DNA from: Caecitellus pseudoparvulus
Taxonomy: Eukaryota > Protista > Bigyra: Bicosoecida
Length of the DNA: 64,000 bases
Reading direction: 5' to 3'
NCBI GenBank assembly: GCA_965644315.1
Contig: CBFFRQ010000068.1
Span: 992,001 to 1,056,000 of the forward strand
Shown: positions 32,672 through 41,810 of the stretch, in pieces
Position numbering within the stretch: the first letter of the stretch is position 1
Layout of the letters: the number at the start of each line of letters is the position of its first letter
Notes under the pieces: model-generated
The model's database searches: none
What the model was told of the DNA's origin: nothing
Seen by the model: the letters and a program-made list of their open reading frames with translations, nothing else
Translations under genes and position numbers: made by a program

Positions 32672-35358
32672 AAATACTCTGGCCCTCCGGGCCATGCCTG
32701 CGGCATGCGAGACGCTGTCTACCGTCCCCATGCCCTGCACTGTGCGCTGGCTGTGGCCTTGGGCCTCCGGCCGGCCAACCTGCCCCACATGGACTTCCAG
32801 CCAAGGCGACCTGTGGACGCCCATCTGCAATGCATTGCCAGTGCTCCACACAGGGACTTCGCATTCACGCTCTCTGTGCCGCACTGGGCGCTGCGGCAAC
32901 GGACATCGCTGATGTGCCCGCCCAGGCCAGCGGACATCAATGGAACCTTCCACAGCAAGCACCACACCAGCCCTCCGCGCAGTGCCTCAGCCACCTCAGG
33001 CCCATGCACGACATGCACTGCCCTTCCCATGTGCTGAAGCGTCGTGCACGTCTTGCCTGAGGCGCGCCTGCCTCGGCACTACCGTGGTCGCGCGCAGTGG
33101 AAGGCGCGACACCCAGTGCGAGTGGTGCGGCCACAAGCGCCAAGCCCTACACGAGTGGCCTCAGCAGCCGCGACCGCCACATGGCACACCGGACATGCAC
33201 GAAAGCTGCCAACTGCAGGCATGGGGCCCTGGGACCGCCACAGCGATCATGCTGGGCCCATGCCCTGCACTGTGCCCTGGCAGCGGCCTTGGGCCTCCGA
33301 CCGGCCAACCTGCCCCACATGGACTTCCAGCCAAGGCGACCTGTGGACGCCCATCTGCAATGCATTGCCAGTGCTCCACACAGGGACTTCGCATTCACGC
33401 TCTCTGTGCCGCACTGGGCGCTGCGGCAACGGACATCGCTGATGTGCCCGCCCAGGCCAGCGGACATCAATGGAACCTTCCACTGCAAGCACCACACCAG
33501 CCCCTCGCGCAGTGCCTCAGCCACCACAGGCCCATGCACGACATGTACTGCCCTTCCCATGTGCTGAAGCGTCGTGCACGTCTTGCCTGAGGCGCGACTG
33601 CCTCGGCACTACCGTGGTCGCGCGCAGTGGAAGGCGCGACACCCAGTGCGAGTGATGCGGCCACAAGCGCCAAGCCCTACACGAGTGGCCTCAGCAGCTG
33701 CGACCGCCACATGGCACACCGGACATGCACGAAAGCTGCCAACTGCAGGCATGGGGCCCTGGGACCGCCACAGCGATCATGCTGGGCACGGCACCCACAA
33801 TGACTCGGCCATGGCCCGGAGAGCCGCTGCGCCAAGCACGCCGTAGGCAGGCCCACACCCGGACATTCTGTCACGTGTGCACTGCCTGGCCCATGCAACA
33901 GTACCTGTGCACAGGGTGTAGCAGCTTAGCCCTGTGTCATGCTGCACCAACGGCATTAGTGCTCAGACCGACGCCCGTGTGTGTGAGGTGCAAGGCCGGG
34001 TCGGAGAGTCGGTGGAGATCGGGGACGGCGGTGCCAGCAGGCGCCCGCGCACGCAGGAGGGTACAGGTGTGGCACAGTGCAGCAGTGTGGCGAGGCAGCT
34101 GTGTGTACCTGCTGCACATGGCTTTGGTGTCGCTCGTTCCAACTTCGTTGGCTTCGGCCAGCTGCGGATACGGGCACCCTGGTGCTCTTGCTGGAGGCAT
34201 GAGCAGCCGATGCACGCCCTCTGCACATGCCTAGGCCCAGCATGAACCACAATGCATGTTCTACGACGGCTGGGCTGCTGTTCTGGAGCAAGTGCACTGC
34301 CGCCGGCCTCTGCCGCCGCGCGCTGCTGCTTGCGCAGCGCGCGCGCGGCGAGACCGGCGGCGGCAACTCGGACAACTGCACGCTCTGCAATGAGTACAGT
34401 CCAGGCACATGTACTGGATGTGTCTGCGGCCCAGCAGGTAGCCTCAGCTGGGCGGCCTCCCGCTGCCGAGCAAGCACTTGCTTGTCCAGCAAGGCCTCGC
34501 CCTGGACCGGTCAGCACTCCCTGCACCACAAATCCCTTCGCCTTGGCACTGGGGCAGGCACCCGACTTGCATATGGCTCTGTGGCACGAGCCATTGGAGC
34601 TCTCCTGCTTACACAAGCACGGAGCTGCCGTGCGAGACGCCAGCCATGCACCAGACCAGCGCAAGGCTCAGCACTGCGGCACTTCCCTGAGCCACGGCAA
34701 GCGATTCTGCGCCAAGCAGAGCAAACTTCCCTGCCATATGCCGTACCAATGCCCTGACACACTGTGCCAGTGCGCCAGGGTGCTCAGGTGGCCTGGCACA
34801 GGCCTGCCGAGGACAGCGCCCAGCCAACACGCCTATGCAGCAAAACCTGCACAGGCCACCGGCACAGAACTGGCCACAGCGCAGCAGGCAGTAGGCCGAG
34901 CATGCAGTATTGTACCCATAGGCCAGGCGCATAGCATTTACAATGCCGTTGGTCCACAGCCCTGCCCTGTGGACTTGCGCGTGGAAGGGGCACAGTTTGG
35001 CACCGAAAACAAGTGTGCGCACGCCCTGCCACGCAGCGCACGCGCCCCGCCCTGCACGCACCATTGCATTGTATGTGCACTTTGTAGGTCCTTGTGTGGG
35101 GCACCTCGGAAGGTGCGCGCGTGTCCTGGTGCGTGAGATTGAAAACTCGTGGAATTTCAATTTCCGGACTGGTTAGTGCGCCCTGCACCTGGAATATGCA
35201 CTGCACGCTCTGCAAAACACGTGCAACTACCATGTTGCATATGTACGCAGGTAGTGGGTGCGATTGCGTTGCCACGGGCCTTCTAGGGGCTTAGTTGGAC
35301 TTCTTGCGTGAGCGGCCCCCTTCCCCCACACCCCCTGAACCTAACGGTAGACAGCGAA
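32672..35358 (-). mobile_element. Non-autonomous Helentron/Helitron2-like (HINE-type) rolling-circle element, about 2.69 kb
   Basis: Clean insertion into GAGGTGGA|CGTGCATGCC; the empty site is visible in the paralogous repeat near 36261-36290. 13-bp inverted repeat CGCTGTCTACCGT (32713-32725) / ACGGTAGACAGCG (35344-35356), about 42 bp from one end and 2 bp from the other. Two 6-bp hairpins at 32680-32694 and 32693-32707. Minus-strand ends read TT... and ...TATTTT. No TSD and no transposase ORF. Confidence 0.8.
32727..33787. repeat. Tandem duplication, 2 x 530 bp, inside the mobile element
   Basis: 32727-33256 is repeated at 33257-33787. I count about 12 substitutions and no indels. Duplicated junk ORFs (32705/33097, 32937/33467) reflect it. 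Confidence 0.95.
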
Positions 35359-36720
35359 CGTGCATGCCGCACACCAGGGCTGGCCTGAGGCTGGCTTCCG
35401 ACAAGCCTGTCAGAATGGACACGACGACGTGGTGCGCGAGCTGCTGGCGCTGACCGGATCTCGGGAGGTGGACGTGCACGTTGGGGATGAGGATGGGCCT
35501 GAGGCTGGCTTCCGAGCTGCCTGCTTGTATGGGCACGTCGGTGTGGTGCGTGAGCTGCTGGCTCTGACCGGATCTCGGGAGGTGGACGTGCACGTTGGGG
35601 ATGAGGATGGGCCTGAGGCTAGCTTCCGAGCTGCCTGCTTGTATGGGCACGTCGGTGTGGTGCGTGAGCTGCTGGCTCTGACCGGATCTCGGGAGGTGGA
35701 CGTGCACGTTGGGGATGAGGATGGGCCTGAGGCTGGCTTCCGACAAGCCTGTCAGAATGGACACGACGACGTGGTGCGCGAGCTGCTGGCGCTGACCGGA
35801 TCTCGGGAGGTGGACGTGCACGTTGTGGATGGGCGTGGGCCTGAGGCTGGCTTCCGACGTGCCTGCTTGTATGGGCACGTCGGTGTGGTGCGTGAGCTGC
35901 TGGCTCTGACTGGGCACCGAGAGGTGGACGTGCATGCTGGGCCTGAGGATGTTCCTGAGTTCGGCTTTCTGGTCGCCTGTGAGAATGGACACGACGACGT
36001 GGTGCGCGAGCTGCTGGCGCTGACCGGATCTCGGGAGGTGGACGTGCACGTTGGAGATGATGATGGGCCTGAGGCTGGCTTCCGAACTGCCTGCGAGGAA
36101 GGCCACACTGCTGTGGTGCGTGAGCTGCTGGCGCTGACCGGGCACCGAGAGGTGGACGTGCATGCGAGGTTCAGGGCTGACAATGAGCATTGCTTTCTGG
36201 CCGCCTGTTACGGCGGCCACCTGGCCATCGTGCGCGAGCTGCTGGCTCTGACTGGGCACCGAGAGGTGGACGTGCATGCCGCACACCAGGGCTGGCCTGA
36301 GGCTGGCTTCCGACAAGCCTGTCAGAATGGACACGACGACGTGGTGCGCGAGCTGCTGGCGCTGACCGGATCTCGGGAGGTGGACGTGCACGTTGGGGAT
36401 GGGCGTGGGCCTGAGGCTGGCTTCCGAGCTGCCTGCTTGTATGGGCACGTCGGTGTGGTGCGTGAGCTGCTGGCTCTGACTGGGCACCGAGAGGTGGACG
36501 TGCACGTTGGGGATGGGCGTGTGCCTGAGGCTGGCTTCATCGCTGCCTGCCAAAAAGGACACTTGGAGGTGGTGCGTGAGCTGCTGGCTCTGACTGGGCA
36601 CCGAGAGGTGGACGTGCATGCTGGGCCTAAGGATTGGCCTGATTTCGGCTTTCAAGTGGCCTGTAGGGTCAGGCACCCCGATGTGGTGCGCGAGCTACTG
36701 GCCCTGACTGGCCGTCGCGC
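35359..36720 (+). repeat. Ankyrin repeat array, 3' block (12 x 114 bp, high internal nucleotide identity)
   Basis: Twelve 38-aa units such as HVGDEDGPEAGFRAACLYGHVGVVRELLALTGSREVDV, with the ACxxGHxxVVxxLL ankyrin core. Confidence 0.95.
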
Positions 36721-37290
36721 CGTTCCTTTGCGGACGAGGCTGCGAGCAGGAAAAATGGCCGCGCGAGCAGCCAAGAGTGCAGTGTGGGATGGGACTAGCA
36801 CTCGCCGTGGCAGAAAGGCCCTGTTGCTGTTAAGGACATTGCACCATGGGCAAGTGTGAGTCCCGGGTCTTCAGAAAGAGCACAACCTGTGTGCGGGTTG
36901 AGACCCCACCGCTTGCCCGCAAATGCCCAGGCGGCTGGTGCAGGGAAAGAGTTGCGCAGCGGCTCTTTGTCGCCCTCTTTCATGCAAGATGGACGTTTCA
37001 CGATTTGGATTCATCTTTTCTTTGTGCTTCTATTGTCTTCAGTAGGGCGCACGCTGTTACGTTTACTTTATAGCAAAGCAAGCAAATACAAGCCCACAGG
37101 ATACACTCTTCTTGAGTACCACGCTGCTCGACTTCACTTGTCTCAGAAGTACCACTCAACTCCACTTGCCTCAAGTGTCCGGCTCTGTGGCGTGTCTCTC
37201 AACTGGCACCAGATCTGCAGCACGACTTCCTCTTCAGCAGTGGGCCAGCCAGCCTCACATGTCAGCGGTTCCGCCGGGCCAAGCCAGTCA

Positions 37291-38994
37291 ATGATCACAA
37301 CGGAGGAACTGCCTAAATCTATGCGATCATTTGCACTTCGTCATGGGGAGCTGCTGTCCATGGCGTGCATGCCAGCCTTGCTGTGGCTGAGCGCGTGGGT
37401 AACTTTCTGCGGGCTCAACGCAGCCGAAACGCAGCGGCAGGGACTCGAAAACCACAGTGCAGCGACACGCGGCGTGCTGGCTCCATTGCTGAATGGGGTT
37501 TCTGGTATGGACTGCTTAGTTTTGCTTTGGGGGGGACTCGTTGGCGCGAGACTCCGGAAGCTGCTATTCGACGAGAAATCTCAGGAAGAGAGAAGAGCAA
37601 ACCCTCAGCTGCTAGCTTCAGCGGCAAGCCGGGGCTCAAGAGCACTTCAAGGTCAAGATTTTCGTGAAATTGTCTGGCTAGGTGTGCTTCTGCTTGGCAT
37701 GACGCTGCTACAGGCTGCGGTGCAAAGTGTGACTGCCGACACACATGCTCCCAGCGATGACCTCCAAGCTGCTGTTGCTGATGCCGGGGCGCTTCATCCT
37801 GTCCAGTGCTCCCTTGATCACGCACCAGACATGGTGTCGGCCTTAGTTGGCGGCAAGCGTGCCTTCCGAAAGCAGTGCAATCCGATCGGCCTCAGATGCT
37901 TGCTGGTTGCAGCTGTGGTCGTTGCTACTTGTGCAGCGGCAGGCCTCAGCACTTCGTGGCTTCCACGAATCAACCCACTGCCCTCGCACACACCATGGGT
38001 CCTCTCTGGTACATTGGCCTTTGCTGCTTTGGTCGCCTTGTTGGTGGGAGGCCCACGTGCCCCCAAGTTGCTGGACCGCACAGTGGACATGAATCTTGGG
38101 CAGCTGAGCCAGCAGTACTTTGCCTTCTGGACTCTCGATGTTTGGGTGCATGGCGCGCTCTTCACCACAGGGCTTGTAAGTGGCCTTCTGAATGCTTGGA
38201 TTACGCTCAGAGTGGCTTTGTCTTCGGCTCGTAGCGTGATCGGTGCTGTATCGCTGCTGTGTGCCGCATGCGCGCTTGCCTGCTTTCCCCACGGGCCGAC
38301 TTCCCTTCTCCTACACGCAAGGTTTGGCCTGCCGTACCAAACCAGCATGATCACTTTCAGGGTATTGTTGGGATGTGCTGCCGCACAGAGTTCAGTCTTG
38401 GTCATGCACTGCATTAGGGTTCTGGCCAACGCACGCCCAGGTCTCACTCTTTGCGGTGGACTTGTCTTGCCAGGGGATGTTCTGACCATCTCCGCCATGC
38501 CTTGGGCGCTCATGATGCAAGTCGCGTGTGCAGCGTGCCCTGACTGGTTGCCAAGGGCGCCCGTTTCCCTCCTGGTGCTCAGCTGCACTCTCGCCCACAG
38601 CACACTGGCAAGTGCTCTGGCAGGATACATTCAGGAGGCAACAGGGCTACGCCACAAACAGCCTGTGATGCTCACAATACGCCAAATTGGAGAATGGCCT
38701 TCAGTCAATCTTGACGTGAGTGGTGCGGTAAGCCACTCCGTTGGAGGGAGCGACAGCTCGCCATCCACCAGCTCGGACGAAAGCGAAGACGAGACTACCG
38801 GACAAGCAGGCCACTGGCGCCGAAGGCGGCCAACGGGAACACAACGAAGCGCCAGCCCCATCACTCAGCACCTTGGTGCCCTCATGCAGCTCGCAGATGA
38901 AGACAGTATTTGGGCGCAGTCTGATGAGGATGCACAGGCCTGGGTAGCACAGCAAGTGGAGCAGCTGCTGCCTGGTGATGGGCATGGTGTCTAG
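37291..38994 (+). CDS. Multi-pass membrane protein, possibly a divergent acyltransferase-3 family member
   Basis: Intronless ORF with about ten hydrophobic segments and an acidic/Ser tail. GVSGMDCLVLLWGGLVG weakly resembles the GxxxVxxFFxLSG motif. Confidence 0.55.
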   Translation: MITTEELPKSMRSFALRHGELLSMACMPALLWLSAWVTFCGLNAAETQRQGLENHSAATRGVLAPLLNGVSGMDCLVLLWGGLVGARLRKLLFDEKSQEERRANPQLLASAASRGSRALQGQDFREIVWLGVLLLGMTLLQAAVQSVTADTHAPSDDLQAAVADAGALHPVQCSLDHAPDMVSALVGGKRAFRKQCNPIGLRCLLVAAVVVATCAAAGLSTSWLPRINPLPSHTPWVLSGTLAFAALVALLVGGPRAPKLLDRTVDMNLGQLSQQYFAFWTLDVWVHGALFTTGLVSGLLNAWITLRVALSSARSVIGAVSLLCAACALACFPHGPTSLLLHARFGLPYQTSMITFRVLLGCAAAQSSVLVMHCIRVLANARPGLTLCGGLVLPGDVLTISAMPWALMMQVACAACPDWLPRAPVSLLVLSCTLAHSTLASALAGYIQEATGLRHKQPVMLTIRQIGEWPSVNLDVSGAVSHSVGGSDSSPSTSSDESEDETTGQAGHWRRRRPTGTQRSASPITQHLGALMQLADEDSIWAQSDEDAQAWVAQQVEQLLPGDGHGV

Positions 38995-39017
38995 CCACAG
39001 CCATGACCATTCACTGC

Positions 39018-39824
39018 TCACCAGAGGAACGGGATGACTCCCTTGCGGTGTTTCGGGTAGTCTTCAAACTTGCTTTGCATGTTGCGGTGGTGAGCTGCCC
39101 CTCGAGGGGCAATGTTGCAGAAGGTGAACGCTGCGAAAGCCAGCGCAACGAGAGACCCGCTGGCCAGTGCAAACCCAGCCCACTCCAAGATTTCCCCGAA
39201 GAAGTTCGCACCCGTGACAAACTCGAAAGCCCCGCCACGCGGGATGTAGTACCGCACGCCTGGCTTGTACTCGGGATTGGCTGGTGTGCGCAGGGAGCGT
39301 AGCACGGAGTCAGCGTGCAGGTTGATGGCCATGCCAGCCAGGAAGAGGGTCACCCCGAGCACGAAGCGGGGCGAAGCGTGTGCGTCAGCTGGGAAGTTAT
39401 CAAATAGCACCAAGTACCGGCACTGCATGTAGCCATTGTAGGAGCAAAATGCAGTGGCCATGAGGAAGGGCGTCAGCCGTGTCTCTGAGCCAGCCTTGAT
39501 CTGCCAGGGGTACACCAGCGCACGGTTTGTGTAGTGCAGGGTGAACAGGGCGAGGAGCACCCAACCTGCCACACTGCTTTGCTGGCTAAACTCTGCGCTT
39601 GCCTTGGTGTACAGGGCATGAACAGCAAAGAGGAAGCACGGCAGCTCCTGGATGCACCAAGCCCACTGTGCATCGAGACCAGGACCCCACCAAGGACTTG
39701 CGCTGGCGCTGTAGCGGCCGTACGGCGCGTTTACCTGCACGACGGCAAGGAAGAAGAAAGCAAGGCCTCCTGCTGCAATCATGCTCCACGCCATGACTTC
39801 GAAGAGCTCCTTGGACTCCTCCAT
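39018..39824 (-). CDS. SRD5A1: 3-oxo-5-alpha-steroid 4-dehydrogenase (SRD5A/DET2 family)
   Basis: APYGRY, AWCIQELP, HYTNRALVYP, INLHADSVLRSLR, YYIPRGGAFEFVTGANFFGEILEWAG, HH..KFEDYPKHRKGVIPFLW. Confidence 0.93.
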   Translation of the reverse strand: MEESKELFEVMAWSMIAAGGLAFFFLAVVQVNAPYGRYSASASPWWGPGLDAQWAWCIQELPCFLFAVHALYTKASAEFSQQSSVAGWVLLALFTLHYTNRALVYPWQIKAGSETRLTPFLMATAFCSYNGYMQCRYLVLFDNFPADAHASPRFVLGVTLFLAGMAINLHADSVLRSLRTPANPEYKPGVRYYIPRGGAFEFVTGANFFGEILEWAGFALASGSLVALAFAAFTFCNIAPRGAAHHRNMQSKFEDYPKHRKGVIPFLW

Positions 39825-40171
39825 GACTCGCCAGACAACCGCTACGTCAGCCACCAGTTTCCGCACCTGCTCCTGTCGCTTGCAGCGGCTGGCACGCGCA
39901 GGGCAGTGTCCAGGAACCTAGCTTAGACAGGTGAAGCAATTGCGAACTTGTGGCAGTTCACAAAGTGCGAGGAGACTTGCACATCAAAACAGAGATCGCG
40001 AAGGAATTCTCCGACTTTCCACGTACAAGATCGGTTCCTTTCGTGGTGCCCCCCATGTGAGGCTTGCCCCTGGATGTTGCGGTGGCGCGGGTGGACGTGA
40101 TCATGGCAAGTGGGAGAGGGAAAAAGAGCCGCTTGGCAATGCGAGGGCAAGCTGCTCTTCACTCTTCAGGT

Positions 40172-41806
40172 ATGAGTCGCAAAGTCGGCGAAACGACGAT
40201 CACGAGTAGTGTTTGGTAAAGCACCTTGATCACTCACCCTTCTCACAGCACTGGGCAGTGATGCTGCTGCGATCCAAGTGAGCGGTGCCTTGTCGAAACG
40301 CCCGTGCAACGCTCGTCCCATCCTCCGACCGGCCACGGCTCACAGGACCACTTGATGCGGCAGTTCGGAATGGCGACCCAGGCAAACAAACAGAGGAGAC
40401 TCCACCGCCGGCGAGCACCGCATCGCAATGTCTCCCCTGCCCCAGCCAGCGACAACACCAGTGGTCTGGCTGGCTTCACACCTCTGCCGACCCAGCCCCG
40501 CGCCACTGCAGCCACCACTGCGCTTCTGAAGAAGGTTGAGAGCTCACGCAGGCCAAAGCCACCACTCACAGGCACTGCCATCCCCAAGCACTCCCCCGCC
40601 GCAGCCCCCCGTCGCCGCGCAGCCAAGCAGGGCTGGGAGAGCAACTGGCAGTGCGAGGGGTGTCGCGCGATCAACGGAGGTGGCAAGCGCGTCTGTGGCC
40701 GCTGTGCGCAGCGGCGACCCTCCCTCGACGCCGCCACCAAAGCTACAGCCCCTGAGCTCACCCTGGCCCAGCGCAGGGGGCTGGTGCCCTCCCCCGCCCC
40801 GCAGGCCACACTGGGCCACACACACTGGCGGCGCATCGTGGATACGTCCCGCCTGCGGGGGGACTTCAAGCAGCCCTGCTCCATCTGCCTGGAGCCCTTT
40901 GGCCTGCGGGACGCCCTCATCACCTCCTGCGGCCACGTCTTCCACGCCAACTGCCTGAACAGCTTCGAACGGTTTGCCGCCGCCTCCGCGGATGGGGGGG
41001 GGTCCGGTCTCACGGCTCGGCGGTGTCCGATGTGCCGGGCGGGTGACTACCAGAAGCACCCGTACGTGCTGGGCGCCACGTGGCACCGTGAGGGCTGCAT
41101 TGTGCGGCTGCAGGCAGCTGTGCGGGGCTGGTTGGCGCGGCGGGCTTTCGGCGTGTCACGTGCTGCGTGGTACGCGGGTGGGGGTGGGGATGCTCATCTC
41201 CGCCGGCGGTACTTTGCCGAGCGGCTGTCTCAGGCTGGCGGGCGACTGCAGTCTGCGGTGCAGGCGCGTGGGGACGCTGTGGATGCGCTGCTCGCCAGTG
41301 TGGACGCCAACATCCTCGCTGCACGGGCGCAGGTGGAGGAGGGCGTCGCTGCGCTGGCCGAGCGTGCCTTTCGTCGTCGGGCGGGAGCTGGCGCCCCAGC
41401 TGGGGATGTGCTGGGGCGTGCCCTGGCGGCGGCCAGGCCGGAGCCTGAAGCGCCTTCGCGAGCCACGCCAGCGCACCCTGGCAGCAACGGAGCGAGCCCG
41501 TCTGCTGCTGCGTTGTCCTGCCGGAGTCACTTCGGGCCTGCGTTCAGCGCTGCCTGTTCCCGGGCGGGACCCGGCCCCCTCTGGTGCTCCGACTGTCCCA
41601 TTTGCATGCTCCCAGCAGAGTGGGGGGTGGACAGCGACCTGCCTCGCCCCGCCACGCTGCTGCGCTGTGGGCACACGTTTCATGCTGCGTGCATGGCAGC
41701 TTGGGAGGCGTTTCAGCGTGACCAGCCGACGTGCCCTGTGTGTCGCGCCCAGTACACGCGCATCACACTGGATGCCGACCACACACAAGCCCTAGCTTTG
41801 CCATGA
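40172..41806 (+). CDS. RNF32: RING finger protein 32 (RING-H2 / IQ / RING-H2) with an extra RanBP2-type zinc finger
   Basis: Spliced AAAIQ/DHLM, LTLAQRRGLV, CSICLEPF..SCGHVFHANCLNSFERF..CPMCR..YQ, IQ-like LQAAVRGWLARR, and a second RING CPIC..RCGHTFHAACMAAWEAF..CPVCRAQY. Confidence 0.88.
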
Positions 41807-41810
41807 CGCG

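Larger units (their letters stand above)
30782..36859 (+). pseudogene. Disrupted gene: helical N-terminus, degenerate kinase-like domain and 15 ankyrin repeats; two frameshifts and a 2.69-kb insertion
   Basis: Coding-like sequence passes from ORF 30782 to the frame of ORF 31645 (near 31820), then to the frame of ORF 32094 (near 32090). Three ankyrin repeats end at 32670 and the array resumes mid-repeat at 35359, running to TGA 36859. Confidence 0.7.

Noticed and set aside
32705-33846. Several Cys/His-rich ORFs in the 530-bp repeats
   Set aside because: They are open in many frames with no motif or codon bias, and one copy gains a stop (TGG to TGA near 33653). They are treated as non-coding.
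32672-35358. Insertion as a cut-and-paste TIR transposon, LTR element or virophage remnant
   Set aside because: The inverted repeats are asymmetric and subterminal and there is no TSD. The 530-bp repeats are adjacent rather than terminal. There is no transposase, RT, integrase or capsid ORF and no AT-rich viral composition.
35291-36676. 461-aa minus-strand ORF with repeats
   Set aside because: It is the antisense mirror of the ankyrin array. A stop-free repeat unit keeps the opposite frame open.
35359-36720. Constant/variable periodicity resembling a CRISPR array
   Set aside because: Units are in-frame 114-bp coding repeats, the variable parts recur and are homologous, there are no cas genes, and the context is eukaryotic.
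6279-41806. Apparent cluster of cilium/microtubule genes (DLIC, IFT88, TEX9, RNF32)
   Set aside because: They are interspersed with unrelated metabolic genes, as expected in a compact flagellate genome. There is no evidence of a functional cluster.
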